In this document: positions 39,370 to 51,472 of the stretch, piece by piece
How the letters are laid out: the number at the start of each line of letters is the position of its first letter
Position numbering within the stretch: position 1 is the first letter of the stretch
Source of the DNA: Sarea resinae
Lineage: Eukaryota
Assembly (NCBI GenBank): GCA_026026165.1
Contig: JAPEUD010000016.1
Coordinates: 310,001-374,000 of the forward strand
Length of the DNA stretch: 64,000 bases
Direction of reading: 5' to 3'
Notes under the pieces: model-generated
What the model saw: only the letters and a program-made list of their open reading frames with translations
Databases searched by the model: none
What the model was told of the DNA's origin: nothing
Program-made: the position numbers and the translations under genes

Positions 39370-40044
39370 CTAAAATCGATCCTCATCATTCTGATTATCC
39401 GGTTCCGAGTCACTTGTCACAGCCTCCTCGCTGGGCAACAGACTCGGAAACCACCCGTAAACACCAAAATCCACGGTCAATTCTCCCAGGGAGCCGCGGC
39501 CGACATTTACCCCTTCCTGCCGTAACGCACCCGCTTGACGAGTCGCACCGGAAGGTCCACTCAATTCTGATAAGCAAGGGCTTGAATGACACTCGTCTTT
39601 CCAACAGCCACTCACCGTGGAGAAATGATGCCTTTGGCGTTGATCACACGCTGCCACGGCACGTTGTCGTGATTGAAATGCAAGCTGGGGTCTGACGGGA
39701 GGTGCTTGAGGCAAATGCCTACTTGTCTATCACCACGAGAGGCGGGGGGGTGTTAATCTAACACGCTATGACATTTTGGGGGCAACATGCTAATGCTGAC
39801 CTTGGGCACTGCGCTGTAGTAAGGGGTGAGATAGAGTCAGTGACTTGATTCCCGAGGAGCATCGATTCCCGCTGGAATCGATCCGACATACAGAGACGCC
39901 GTCTTCTCGATAGATTGGGTTGACCTTACGCCGTCCGAGCAATCGAGCAATGTGCCCGTAGGATGTGACTCTGCCGTATGGAATCTCCTGCACAGCGCCA
40001 TAGACGGCAGCGAACCACCAGTCGGCCTCGTCGGTCCGTGCCAT
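39370..40044 (-). CDS. ATL1: Alkyltransferase-like protein (O6-alkylguanine binding, MGMT family); 4 exons including a 13-nt microexon 39801-39813
   Basis: VYGAVQEIPYGRVTSYGHIARLLGR|PQCPR|QVGICLKHLP...VPWQRVINAKGIISPR; Trp replaces the catalytic Cys. Confidence 0.9.
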
Positions 40045-40286
40045 GACGGCGCCTCGGGGCTTTAAAGCTGCAAGAGGAAGAGCTCTCTGCTGTTGTTGTT
40101 TGTTGGTTTGTCGAAGGCGTCTCGTCGTCAGTGCACCTGGCAGATACAAGAGACATGTATAGTACAAAGTACCTCGTACCTCAGACCCGTGAAGTCAGCA
40201 AGCTTCCAGAAACGCCATCCAAACGGTAAAATCTACGATCAAGAAGACAGCTAGTTTACACCAACAATCCAAAAAAACCCCCAAAC

Positions 40287-41436
40287 ATGTCTCTGGCAGA
40301 TTATCTCGCAAAGAATTATCTCACCGCCGACACACCCCAAGAGAAGAAGACAAAAAAGCGCAAGCGGAAGGGCACGGCGGCGCCGACGGCGACGGCCAAC
40401 AACACCTCCAGTGGCCTCATCATCGCCGATGATGATGCAGGCTGGGGATCAAACCCCACCGTCAACGACGACGAAGACGGTCCCGCGATAGGTAGGTCTC
40501 TCCTTTATAGCGAGGCCACTGGCATCCAGACCTTCTTCTTACGTAGATTTTACACAAGCATTTTTCTACCCATTGCGCGGCGGCTTACCACTACTGAAAA
40601 GGCATAACTAACCTCACTGAATCAACACAGTCTCGGGCTCTTCGGCCGAATTCCGCAAGCGCAAAACATCCTCGTGGCGCACCGTCGGCGCCCCAGCACC
40701 CAGCAATAGCGACCAGGCCGCGGCCGATGCGATCCTCGCTGCCACGGCCGCCGAGACCTCGCACAACAACAATAATAATGGCGCCGGCGACCCAGACGAC
40801 GAAGCCCCGCAGGTCGAAGACGCCGACAACGTGCTCCAGATGGAATCGGGCGCGCACGCGGGGCTGCAAAGCGCCGACCAAGTGACGGCGGCGTTGAAAA
40901 AGCGCCAAGCGGAAGAGCGAAGGCGGTTCGAGGCCGAGGGCGCCGAGAAGAGCGGTCGGGGACAGGAGACCATCTACCGAGACGCGAGCGGGCGCATCAT
41001 CAACGTGGCGATGAAAAGAGCAGAGGCGCGGCGGAAGATGGAGGAGGAGGAGGCCAAGAAGGCGGCCGAGTTGGAGGCCCAAAAGGGCGATGTGCAGCGC
41101 GCTGCGCGTGAGAAGCGAACAAAGGAGCTCAAGGATGCGAAATATCTAGGCGTGAGTCGGTATGCGGACGACGCGGAGCTGAATGAGGAACTACGGGAGC
41201 AGGACCGGTGGAACGACCCCGCGGCGCAGTTTCTGAGCGCGAAGAAGAAGGGGAAGAGTATTACGGGGAAGCCGCTGTATCAGGGAGCTGCGCCGCCGAA
41301 TCGGTACGGAATTCGTCCTGGGTACAGATGGGATGGGGTAGATCGGAGTAACGCGTTTGAAAAGGAGTATTTCGCGGCGCAAAACCGGAGGCGCAACCTC
41401 AAGGAGCTGGACTATGCATGGCAGATGGACGAATGA
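40287..41436 (+). CDS. BUD13: RES-complex splicing factor Bud13/Cwc26; intron about 40492-40630
   Basis: [66 protein letters not shown]. Confidence 0.93.
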
Positions 41437-41585
41437 TAAGCGCTTATTTTTTTTCATCATTGCTAGCACTCAGCTCCCGTTTACACCAGAACAGAGAAAG
41501 GACATTGGAAAAAGGCATTTAAGCTAGCCGTCATTTCAACTATGGCAAATCTCGTCAAGCTTTGTTCAATTGAAGCAAGGTCCGA

Positions 41586-44072
41586 CTACTGTTGCTTCTT
41601 GCCCTCGACAGGCGAAGAGGCCCCATCAACAATCAAGGATGCTATCTTCGCAGACTCCTCCCAGCTTCGCTGCCTTCTCCAGAAATGGTCCTCGGGTCGA
41701 GAGGTGTTCAGGCTCGCCTGTCTAGCATCCTCCTCCAACGATGCTCTGTCGAACTTCTCAGGCGCCCGACTTCCCGCGAGGGTCCCCGGACCCTGGTCGT
41801 CTTGGATATCCTCTCCCGAAGACTCCTCTAGATACCTCTTACGGATTATGTAGCGTTCGCGGTGCTCCTTCTGCAAGCCTGGCGACTCGATCTTGGAGAC
41901 GGCAACCCTGACGGCCAGCCTGACTAGGAAATAGACATGCTCTGAAAAGATAATGGTCAGAAGGAGAGCCCATCCCTTGATGCTTTTAGGGGTGCCATCT
42001 GGTCCAAGACCATCATTACTGAATAGGTACACCAACGCAGCGGTAGAGATACTGCCGAGCCAGGTGAGAAATCCGAGGCTATCAAGCCATGGGCCGATGG
42101 AATCGGCCCGCCATGGCGTTGGCCGTTGCATCTCCACGCATATCTTGATGGCATCAGACCTAAGCTCCACCCAATTATTGATGATAAAGGAGACCGGCGT
42201 CAAGGGAAAGACAACGGAGAAGAGCGTTAGATATCCAAACTGCAGAGAATTAGCCTTGGTTGAAACCAAACAGGCTTAGATTGAACGAACCTGAATGCAC
42301 ATTTCTCGAAGATCCTCTGTGACATCGTACTCTGCGAGCTCAGCCTCATTCCTGACTCTTGTCAAAAATTCGACTTCCTCTTTAGGATCCTCAATGACCG
42401 CATTCGACTTGGCTCCATTGCTTTTTGCCGCACGCTCGCGCTTGATGTCCTTGTACTTGCGGAAGCCTTGACGCATGATGTAGGGAACTATATTCTCCAT
42501 CGCAAAATTCACGATCTGTGCCGTTACCGTAAAGTAAATAACTTGCTTTTTCAAACGAGCAGGATCGATCATGAACCCCGCTTGGGGAGCTTGCATTTGC
42601 TTCTCATTCTCCGCAAATGGTCGCACAGTTAGACTGAACAGATCCAGGTAAGGAACGATTAGACTGCCAAAGGGAACGTAGACGAAAGCTGTGAGGAAGA
42701 TTGGCAAGTACGAGGTAATGACGTTCAAAACAAAGACCTTCTGGGTCATGGCCTTTTCATATTTATCATCAGTCTCGTAATTCTCGAAATCTGTCAAGCG
42801 AGTAGCGACTCCGGTCAACAAGCTCAGTATTGTTGGCTGAAGAGTACTGATGAGAACTGTGGGAAGGAAGGTCTAAATGTGGTCAGTAGCTGGCTCCTGC
42901 GGTAGGTCTCGACAGCACCTACCAAATAGCTCTTTAGGGGTCCATTATAGATTTCGCTGATAAAAATCTCGATTGCAAAGCAGGTTGCAATGATAGTACC
43001 CAGGGCCAAGGCAGCCACGAGGGCGAAGGGGATTTGGAGCAATTGCCTGGCGAGGCGTTTCGTTGCCGGGTACGTCGGTACGACCTCACCAGTCACAGGA
43101 TCTTTAGCCTCCTTCTCAGGCTTGAAGTCCTGGCGCGTGGTCTGGACGGCAGAAACACCACGGACTTCCCATCTCACTCCAAGGTCCACCTCCTGGCGTT
43201 TCCAGTATTCAACAAAGACTACCCCCCAGAGACCATTGATAATAGCATAGACGGGTGAATAGTGTCCAAGGAGTACCCAAGAGGAGAATCCGATGAGTGC
43301 TGGGAAGATGAGGAACCGGAAATAGGTTTGAAGGAATGCGAAATAGTAAGCAACCTGCAACGGCACTTATTAGTTTGGAAAGGCCACGTAGTGGATAATC
43401 ATGTTGTACGAAACCTTTTCACCAAAATGGTCCCTGATCTGATCCAGGTCTTCCAGGGTAAGGAAATATGATGTGCTCCATTTCTTGATCCATTTCTTGT
43501 TGAACTCATGGTCATGGAGGGCAAAGACAGACTCTACCATTTTCCATTGCCCCTTTTTGGGCGTGATGCCTGCCCCTCCTTCATTGGTGGGGTTAGTGAC
43601 TAGCAAGTAGACGATGCGCAAGCGCTCAGCGGGAGTTGTTGGGGAGTCTGCCAGAGACTCTTGGGTGTGCTTGTCGGGTGCAGCTGGACGGAACCCAAAT
43701 AGCCAGTCCTTTACTCTGGTTCGTATCTCGTCAGCGACAGGCTGCCCGCACATAGAGCATCCGAATCCACACACCTCGACCTGTAGAGCTCCACCGAGAG
43801 CCGCTTCTCTGATTGAATCTTCACGAGTATCAAAACGTAACCATCGTTCCCGGCCCTGACTTCGGTCATAAGTCCGACGGAACCTAGGGCCTTCAACAGC
43901 TTCTCTATTTCAGCTCGAGCTTTTGCTTTGTCTAAGAATTTTGGATTAGCTACAAAGTGTAATCAATACGGCGAAGTAGAAAGCTACCGATGTCTGCAAA
44001 GCGGTAGCTAATGACCCAGTCGACATCGAAATTAACGTGCGGAGCATTGTCCTTGGCCTCTGGGGATGCCAT
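41586..44072 (-). CDS. IST2: TMEM16/anoctamin family scramblase/channel (Ist2-like); about 6 exons
   Basis: IRDHFGEK|VAYYFAFLQTY; FVEYWKRQE; LTDFENYET; DLREMCIQ|FGYLTLFSVVFPL; NNWVELRSDAIK; QRPTPWRADSIGPWL. Confidence 0.92.
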
Positions 44073-44724
44073 GATACAATAGACGCCCCACACGGGATTG
44101 AAGGACGACAATGTGAAGATTGAGGAAGATGATGATGGGAAGAGAGAGAGGGAGAGGGAGAGGGAGGGGGGAGGTAACAAAGTATTCAGCACGTCCAAGA
44201 AGCGTTTACAGCAAACATGATCGTATCCATGGAAGGTAAGGTAGAGGGGCCTGTGGCTTGACAACACGATCCAGAACTTGGCACAGAGGGGAGGCAGTGT
44301 TCAGGTCGGCCGGGCAAGTACGGTCAAGGTACATAGCCGTACTTCATACTTGGTAAGTAAGGTATGCGGTCATCGTCCGCCAGACAGACGAGGCGGGAGC
44401 GAAAGCACAGACCACCTTTGTCTTTGATCGGGAGCTCCAGTCCTGGTGCAACGCATGGATCCATGGATGGATTCGCATGGTGCATGTAAGTACTATGGTA
44501 GGTATACTTGGGGGTGAGATACTCGAGAGGCCCAGCTTCATCCGCACTCTTGGAGGCTCAGGACCACTCGACCTTCCCAACCAGACTTACGCTATCTACT
44601 CCGTACCTGGTCGCTGGTATGGCTCACCACTAGAGTTGACTGAAGCCATCTCTATCACCCTAAACAGCAGCTCAGGGTTACCTACCTTAGTAGGTAGGGA
44701 AGGTAGGTAATATCTTCGACCGTC

Positions 44725-45702
44725 ATGCCTCTCTTCTACCCTCGGCGGCGCCCACGCATCACCTCCCCCTGGGATCCTCCCTCACAATTCGACCTCTTCC
44801 TCATCTCCCCGCTGAAGTACATCGCGCAGCAGCTCTACGTCCTTCTGCTATTCCTCCGTGGTCCTCCCCGCCGTATCTCACCCAGTCACAAGCCCATCCG
44901 GATCGTCTGCATCTCCGACACCCACAACAGAACCATACCCGTCCCCGACGGCCATCTCCTCATCCATGCAGGCGATCTGAGTGATCATGGCTCCGTTGCT
45001 GAAATCCAAGCACAGATCGACTGGCTCAAAGGACTGCCGCACGCCCAAAAGGTCGTCATTGCCGGGAACCATGACAGTTACTTTGACGAGTCGACGAGGA
45101 AACAGGATGACAAGGACAAGGAGCTCAATTGGGGATCTATACACTACCTACAGCACTCATCCGTCTCTCTGAACTTTCCGACGCACGACAGCAGACGCCT
45201 GAATATCTACGGCGCTCCACACATCCCGAATTGTGGTGGCTCCAGCTTCGCATTCCAGTACATGCGTGGTGACGATGCCTGGTCCAACACCATCCCGGAC
45301 GAGACCGATGTCCTAGTAACGCATACACCGCCCAAGTATCATCTGGACTTGCCTGCCGCCTTGGGTTGTCAGTGGTTGCTGAAGGAGGTCTGGAGGGTGA
45401 GGCCCACCGTGCATGTCTGTGGCCACATACATGCCGGACGGGGACAGCAGTCCATCTTCTGGGACGAGGGACAGAGGGCTTATGAGAGGATCTGCGCACG
45501 AAGACAGCCGAGCATGTTTGGAGATTTTTTCTCGCCGTCTCTATGGATCGATGCGTTCAAGGTACTCTACTATGGCATTGTGGGCCTCTTATGGAGTAGG
45601 ATTTGGGGGGGTTCTGATTTCGGGGGCCATCTGGTCAATGCGGCTGCGATGAATCAGAGCACAGGCCAACCAAACCATGAAGTGATAGTCGTGGAAGTCT
45701 AA
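44725..45702 (+). CDS. Calcineurin-like metallophosphoesterase (MPPED/239FB-like); intronless
   Basis: Metal-binding motifs ISDTH, HAGDL, IAGNHD, VTHTPP and CGHIH. Confidence 0.9.
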   Translation: MPLFYPRRRPRITSPWDPPSQFDLFLISPLKYIAQQLYVLLLFLRGPPRRISPSHKPIRIVCISDTHNRTIPVPDGHLLIHAGDLSDHGSVAEIQAQIDWLKGLPHAQKVVIAGNHDSYFDESTRKQDDKDKELNWGSIHYLQHSSVSLNFPTHDSRRLNIYGAPHIPNCGGSSFAFQYMRGDDAWSNTIPDETDVLVTHTPPKYHLDLPAALGCQWLLKEVWRVRPTVHVCGHIHAGRGQQSIFWDEGQRAYERICARRQPSMFGDFFSPSLWIDAFKVLYYGIVGLLWSRIWGGSDFGGHLVNAAAMNQSTGQPNHEVIVVEV

Positions 45703-45899
45703 GGTCTTAGGCCATGAATTTGCAAGCTGGTATATCTGAAAACGATCCAAACTCCTGATCCCCACTCCAATTCGTTGCTCATGCTTATGCCTCGCCATGC
45801 TTGCCCTATTAGCACCCCTTATCCAACGCCTGAGAACATCTGTCATCGCTCGAGTGGCTAGAAGAGAGTGCATCATGCCCTGTTGGATGCACCCAGAAA

Positions 45900-46832
45900 T
45901 CAGCAACATTTGCCCTTGGTGCGGACACCATCGGCTTCGGCTTCGGCTTCGGCTTCCACTTCATCGCCAGTATTTAGTCCCGTAGGAAATCCCAGCCAAC
46001 TTCTCCTCTTGTCGCCGTGTCCGACGCGAAAGCTACCATGTCCGTCCATGCCTGTGCCGTCAAAGTAGCTTCCTGGTCCACCGTCCACTCCGGGTGTCCA
46101 CCCTGCTTCGGCCGCGATTTCTCTCAGCAACCGTCGATTCCTCTGCTCAACTAGTTTGCGAGTAATGACACGAAAAACCTCATCGATACCCTCTCCATCT
46201 TTCGCACTGATTTCGTGGCAGCAATCCCATCCGACCTCCTGGCCCCAGAAGCCTGAACTCCGCTTGCTATCGGGAACGTGCGAGCCAGCTGCCATGAGTG
46301 ATGGCGTGGACGCCTCCGCCGGATACAGATGTTCGGCGACATATGCGATACACTTCTCGAACGGGACCTTCCTTCGACTTGGATCTTCGGAAACAACATC
46401 GCTCTTGGTCCCCACGACATGAAGAACGACGTCATCGCCTAGATTCTTCTTGAGCTCCAGTAGCCATTTGCCCATCTCCACAAAGCTTTGCTCGTCGGTG
46501 ATGTCGTAGCATAATACACCAGCGTCGGCGCCGCGATAATAGAGTTTCGAGATCGAGCGGAATCTTTCTTGACCGGCGGTGTCCCAAAGTTGGAGGCGAA
46601 CGGTGGTGTCGGAGCTGCTGTCAAGGACTCGTTTGGTCAGGAAAGAAGCACCGATGGTGGAGGCTGTGGATGAGGGGTTGAAACTGTTCCTGACGAAGCG
46701 ATGGACAAGGGAGGTTTTGCCTACGCCTTGAGCACAGGTCAGCCAGTAGCCTTGGGTAAAGAAACATCTGGATTCTCTACCTTGGGCGCCGAGGACCACG
46801 ATCTTTGCTTCGAGGCTATTACTGCTGCTCAT
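45900..46832 (-). CDS. Rab-family GTPase (Rab24/Rab5-group-like); 54-nt intron 46727-46780
   Basis: GAQ|GVGKT P-loop after splicing, TIGASF, WDTAGQE, GTKSD, EISAK and a C-terminal CC prenylation motif. Confidence 0.88.
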   Translation of the reverse strand: MSSSNSLEAKIVVLGAQGRESRCFFTQGYWLTCAQGVGKTSLVHRFVRNSFNPSSTASTIGASFLTKRVLDSSSDTTVRLQLWDTAGQERFRSISKLYYRGADAGVLCYDITDEQSFVEMGKWLLELKKNLGDDVVLHVVGTKSDVVSEDPSRRKVPFEKCIAYVAEHLYPAEASTPSLMAAGSHVPDSKRSSGFWGQEVGWDCCHEISAKDGEGIDEVFRVITRKLVEQRNRRLLREIAAEAGWTPGVDGGPGSYFDGTGMDGHGSFRVGHGDKRRSWLGFPTGLNTGDEVEAEAEAEADGVRTKGKCC

Positions 46833-48024
46833 GGCTGTGTGTATACCTTACAGGATGCAAGATATATCTCCTGCTGGAAGTAAGCGGTGTAAGGTGAGTC
46901 GCGGCAGCTCCTAGAGCGCAGGCGTCATTGAGATCGGCCAATGCCGGACCACGACCTCGAGACCTCGAGACGGCGAGACTCAATCTTCGAACAATGTAGC
47001 TCAGTAGAAGATGCAGCGCCGCGTTGAGGTGACGATTAGTAGTAAAGGCATTGTCAGGCACAGGAGTAGTGGTCGTAGACACGCAAAAGGCCGTGGAGTG
47101 AATGAGTTGATGGTAGAGGAACAGATGGGAAGCCTTTTGGGATCTGTATATGGTCAAATCTCCATGGTCAACTCAATACCTAATAAGGGTCGAGGCGGGC
47201 GGGCCGCAATGTTTTCGGACCTGCCCAATCAAGCACGGAACCACGCGATCACGAGTCGGGTACTTCGTACTTGTACTCTGAGTATGCCGCAGTATTTCAA
47301 GTAGGGAGGCATAGGGTAACCTTGTGTGATGGTGGGGTGGCGACGCCGCCGTACTGCGTAAGGTATGAAGGTCACCTCAAGCATCATGCTACGGAGAACT
47401 CCCCCCCGATGGAATACCCGAGGCACCCGTGGACCTCAGGGATAGTCAGTCCTCGCGAACTTGCTTGTGAGTCCACTGCAGCGAGCGACGACCGTCTTGG
47501 GCAATGTAGGCGTCCGATGGCAATCCATTGCATCCACTGATGCATCAATTAATTCCTACTCGAGTAGGAAGAGTCAGCAGTGCAGTGGAGATAAGTCGCA
47601 TCCGCGATCGGATAAAGTGCCGTGGAGCTGCCGTAGTGGCGTCGGTTAGGCGGGGATCCCCACACTCACACGGGCAATTCGGGGCGCTGCCAGTGCAAAG
47701 AGGCACGTCACAGCGTCAGGTCTAGGCTAGCCCTGGAGGTACCTCGCCCACGCCGTCTTACGAAGGGGAGAGCCATCCAATGAATCCGAACGGAATGCTA
47801 TTACTACTAGGGCATTTGGAAGATCGAAGCTCCATAATGGTTCATTATTGATATCAATCCGCTTAGCTCTAGACGCCACCTTCACCTCTCCCTCTCCGCC
47901 TCCAGGAATCGAGGACTACTCCATCTTCCTCTTTTTGCTCAGTCAGGCCACAGCAGACTGAGAGATCTCGTCGTTTGTCCGTCTTCAACCTAATATCCTA
48001 TATTCCCGTTGTTGCCCTGCCAAG

Positions 48025-49714
48025 ATGAACCACGACGATCAAAATCAGGCCCAAAAACTCAATGGCGAGGAAGTCAAAAAGCATAATTCGAGGGACGACT
48101 GCTGGGTGATAGTCCACGGCCGAGCCTACGATGTCACCGAATTCTTACCCGAGCATCCTGGAGGCCCCAAGATCATCCTCAAGTATGCCGGCAAAGACGC
48201 CACCGAGGAGTTCGATCCAATTCATCCGCCAGATACGCTCGACAAGTATCTGGACAAGTCTAAGCATTTGGGAGAAGTGGACATGAACACGGTTGAAGTG
48301 GAGGAGAAGGAGCAAGACCCAGAAGAAGAGGCTAGGCTAGAGCGGGTCAAGAAGATGCCAATATTGGAGCAATGCTTCAATTTGCTAGACTTCGAAGCCG
48401 TAGCGCGCAAGGTGATGAAGAAGACCGCATGGGCTTATTACTCTAGTGGGGCGGACGATGAGATTGTAAGACCCTCTGTCTGAGATTAAGCTCTTACTGC
48501 TTTTCATCCGATGTCGCCGGCTGTATCCGTGGCTGACTTTGTTATTCTAGACGATGCGAGAAAACCACTCTGCGTTTCATAAGGTCTGGTTCAGACCTCG
48601 GATACTGGTAGATGTTGAGAACATCGATCTTTCGACCACCATGTTAGGAACCAAAGTCGACATTCCGTTCTATGTCACCGCTACCGCTCTTGGAAAGCTT
48701 GGGCATCCGGAAGGAGAGGTCGTGCTCACGAGGGCTGCTAAGAGGCACAATGTAGTACAAATGATACCTACTTTGGCTAGTTGTTCTTTCGACGAAATTG
48801 TTGATGCTTCTGAGGGAGATCAAGTGCAGTGGCTCCAACTCTACGTAGGCGTTCCTCTGCAGCGATATCGTCGATCACGGCGGCTCTTTCAATCTTTTCC
48901 CGCGCTTCGATGGCTAATGTGCTTATTATAGGTCAACAAAGATCGGAATATTACAAAGCGAATTGTTCAGCATGCCGAGAAAAGGGGGTGTAAGGCTCTC
49001 TTCATTACCGTCGATGCCCCACAACTCGGTCGCCGCGAAAAGGACATGCGTAGCAAGTTCTCCGACGTAGGCTCAAACGTTCAGAGCAGTGGTGGAAGTG
49101 AGGTCGACCGCTCGCAAGGAGCTGCGCGCGCAATCTCCTCGTTTATTGATCCTGCCCTCAGTTGGAACGACATTCCCTGGTTCCTGAGCATCACGAAGAT
49201 GCCCATCATACTGAAAGGTGTTCAAAGGGTAGAAGACGTCATCCGCGCCATTGAGTCAGGCGTACATGGTGTGGTCTTGTCCAACCATGGCGGCCGCCAA
49301 CTGGATTTTGCACGCTCAGGCCTCGAAGTTTTAGCAGAAGTCATGCCGGTGCTCCGCGAGCGTGGATGGGAGAACCGCATCGAGATCTATATTGATGGAG
49401 GCGTTCGACGAGCTACCGACATCATCAAAGCTTTGTGTCTTGGGGCCAAGGGTGTGGGCATTGGCCGACCGTTCTTGTACGCCATGAGCGCCTACGGTCT
49501 GCCGGGAGTGGACCGCGCCATGCAGTTACTCAAGGACGAGATGGAGATGAATATGCGGTTGATCGGGTGCTCGAGTGTAGATCAGCTGAACCCCACCATG
49601 GTTGATACGAGAGGCCTTAGTCTGCATTCTACGACCGTCCCTTCGGATACCTTGGGCCTGACCGTCTACGACCCGCTCGTGACTCCCAAGGACAAGGTCC
49701 TTTCGAAGTTATAA
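48025..49714 (+). CDS. CYB2: Flavocytochrome b2-like protein (cytochrome b5 heme domain plus FMN alpha-hydroxy-acid dehydrogenase) ending in SKL; 3 exons
   Basis: HPGG heme motif, YYSSGADDE, QWLQLY, ITVDAPQLGRRE, VLSNHGGRQLD, DGGVRRATD and GRPFLY; introns about 48466-48550 and 48845-48931. Confidence 0.92.
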
Positions 49715-50011
49715 GAAATAACGGTCGGCGTTGTTATTATTATCGTGAATGGTTTGGAACCTATCTCAATTTCATAGTCTACATATTAGGCCAGCGCAAT
49801 GTTGTAAGCAGATGAGAACTGCCTTTCCAATGTATGCTTAATTAGGTGAACTCGGAAACATTATGCACAATGCTATTCGGGCTGGGTAATTGCTGACGGA
49901 GAAGTGTATCGTCCTCCGGCGCATCGAAAAAGAATCCTGGTGTAGAAGCCCCTCTCCTGGATTGAATTGGTGAAAAGAAATCCGTAACGCTTAGTAAACG
50001 CATAAACAACA

Positions 50012-50897
50012 TCACATAAGCACGCAGCATGAGTTCGTTTTCTTGGCCTATCAACGGCAAATTTCAGTCAGTCATTCCCTATTACGGACTGGGAATGATG
50101 TAGGATCTGTCCAAGCTCACCTGCTTCACAAACATCTTACTCTGAGCGCTCAAGTTCTCACTCTTGTCCATCAACGTGTCGATCTTCTCGCCTCTCTCGA
50201 GCACGCTCTCAATCGTCTTATGCAGCACGATCTTCGTCTCGTCCAATTCCCGCTGGATCTTCATGATGCTGTCCGCTTGCTGCGGGTCCTGATATTTTGT
50301 GATATATTCGTTGAGCTCTGGGAACGTAAGTTTGGGGCTTGACGTCTCAAACGTTGCCACGGGGAACTTTGTTAGGAATTCATCAAGGACCTTGGAGAGA
50401 AGTTGGTGGGCGACCATGGCGGGGTACTCGAAATCGCTGACGATGATGCCAGCAACACCCTCTGTGCGAGCGTAGGCGTGGACGATGTAGGCTATAGATA
50501 TCGTCAGTTTCGTCTCTTTCGCGGTTTGAAAAAAGCTAGCTTGAATGCATCCATACATTGCTGTTCAACATCTTGTCGCTTCCCAGGGTTTGTCCGCTCA
50601 GCAATCATCTTGCTGAAGGCGGTCAAGACTTCGTCGACACTGTCCGTGAGCAGCCGCCGAGGTCAGTTTCCTCCGTATATCTTAATCTGGAATAGGGAGG
50701 TGATCATACTTGGAGCGAACGAAGCGCGAGAAACTGCTGAGGTCCTTGGCAGAGCACAGCTCATGCGCGGGTCTCTCTGAGTTCTTCAGCACCTGCGCCC
50801 CAGAAACATACAGTAATTAGCGACTCTTGCATGACCCCGGAAAAGGCCTCTGGCAAGTTCAAAGTTTCCGACTTACACCAATATAGTAGAGCTTCAT
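50012..50897 (-). CDS. YKT6: R-SNARE Ykt6; about 5 exons
   Basis: MKLYYIG|VLKN...DLSSFSRF; longin domain; YQDPQQADSIMKIQRELDETKIVLHKTIESVLERGEKID; C-terminal NSCCVLM lipidation motif. Confidence 0.95.
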
Positions 50898-50995
50898 AAT
50901 TGCGATTTAGATTTTGTTGTTCAGGTAGGGTGCAGGTGGTTATCAATAGGTCCGTTACGAGGGGAGGCGAGCATGAGGCCTTGGTGGTTTGTATG

Positions 50996-51187
50996 GTACG
51001 AAGTACTGTATGTATGCTATCGTCCTCAGATGTCCTCCTGCCCAAGAAAGTACTACTCTATTGTTGCCTATCGATAGTACGGGTAGGTACCTAGAATCGT
51101 CTGATAGACGTTGGAGAGCGGGGTACAGAAATGTACATACACTTTACTCAGGCAGGTTCATATGTATAGAGTACTTCGTACACGTAC
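50996..51187. promoter_or_regulatory. GTAC-rich cluster with two GTAC-N3-GTAC elements in the YKT6/SLH1 divergent promoter
   Basis: 10 GTAC in 192 bp by manual count; GTACGAAGTAC at 50996-51006 and GTACTTCGTAC at 51171-51181. A regulatory role is inferred from position only. Confidence 0.5.
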
Positions 51188-51472
51188 CTGTGGTCGATTA
51201 TGGGCGAATGATTCCCCGCCAAACCATTACATCCCTCAGTTTCAACCTAGCCCGTGCCTTATGTCCTCACTCACGCTTACGATTCGAGAAGGTAAATGCA
51301 AAAACGAGAAGTAGGAAGAGGGAATCCCTCAATGTGCTCGAGATATATTGTCTTCTCTCGCTCCATGGTCTGCGGATTAGATCAATCATTGTTCTTCACT
51401 TGACTTTGGTCTAGAGTCTTTGTAAAACTACCCCAAGAGCGCTTGATCTTCGGCAAACGTTTTTCAGGAATC

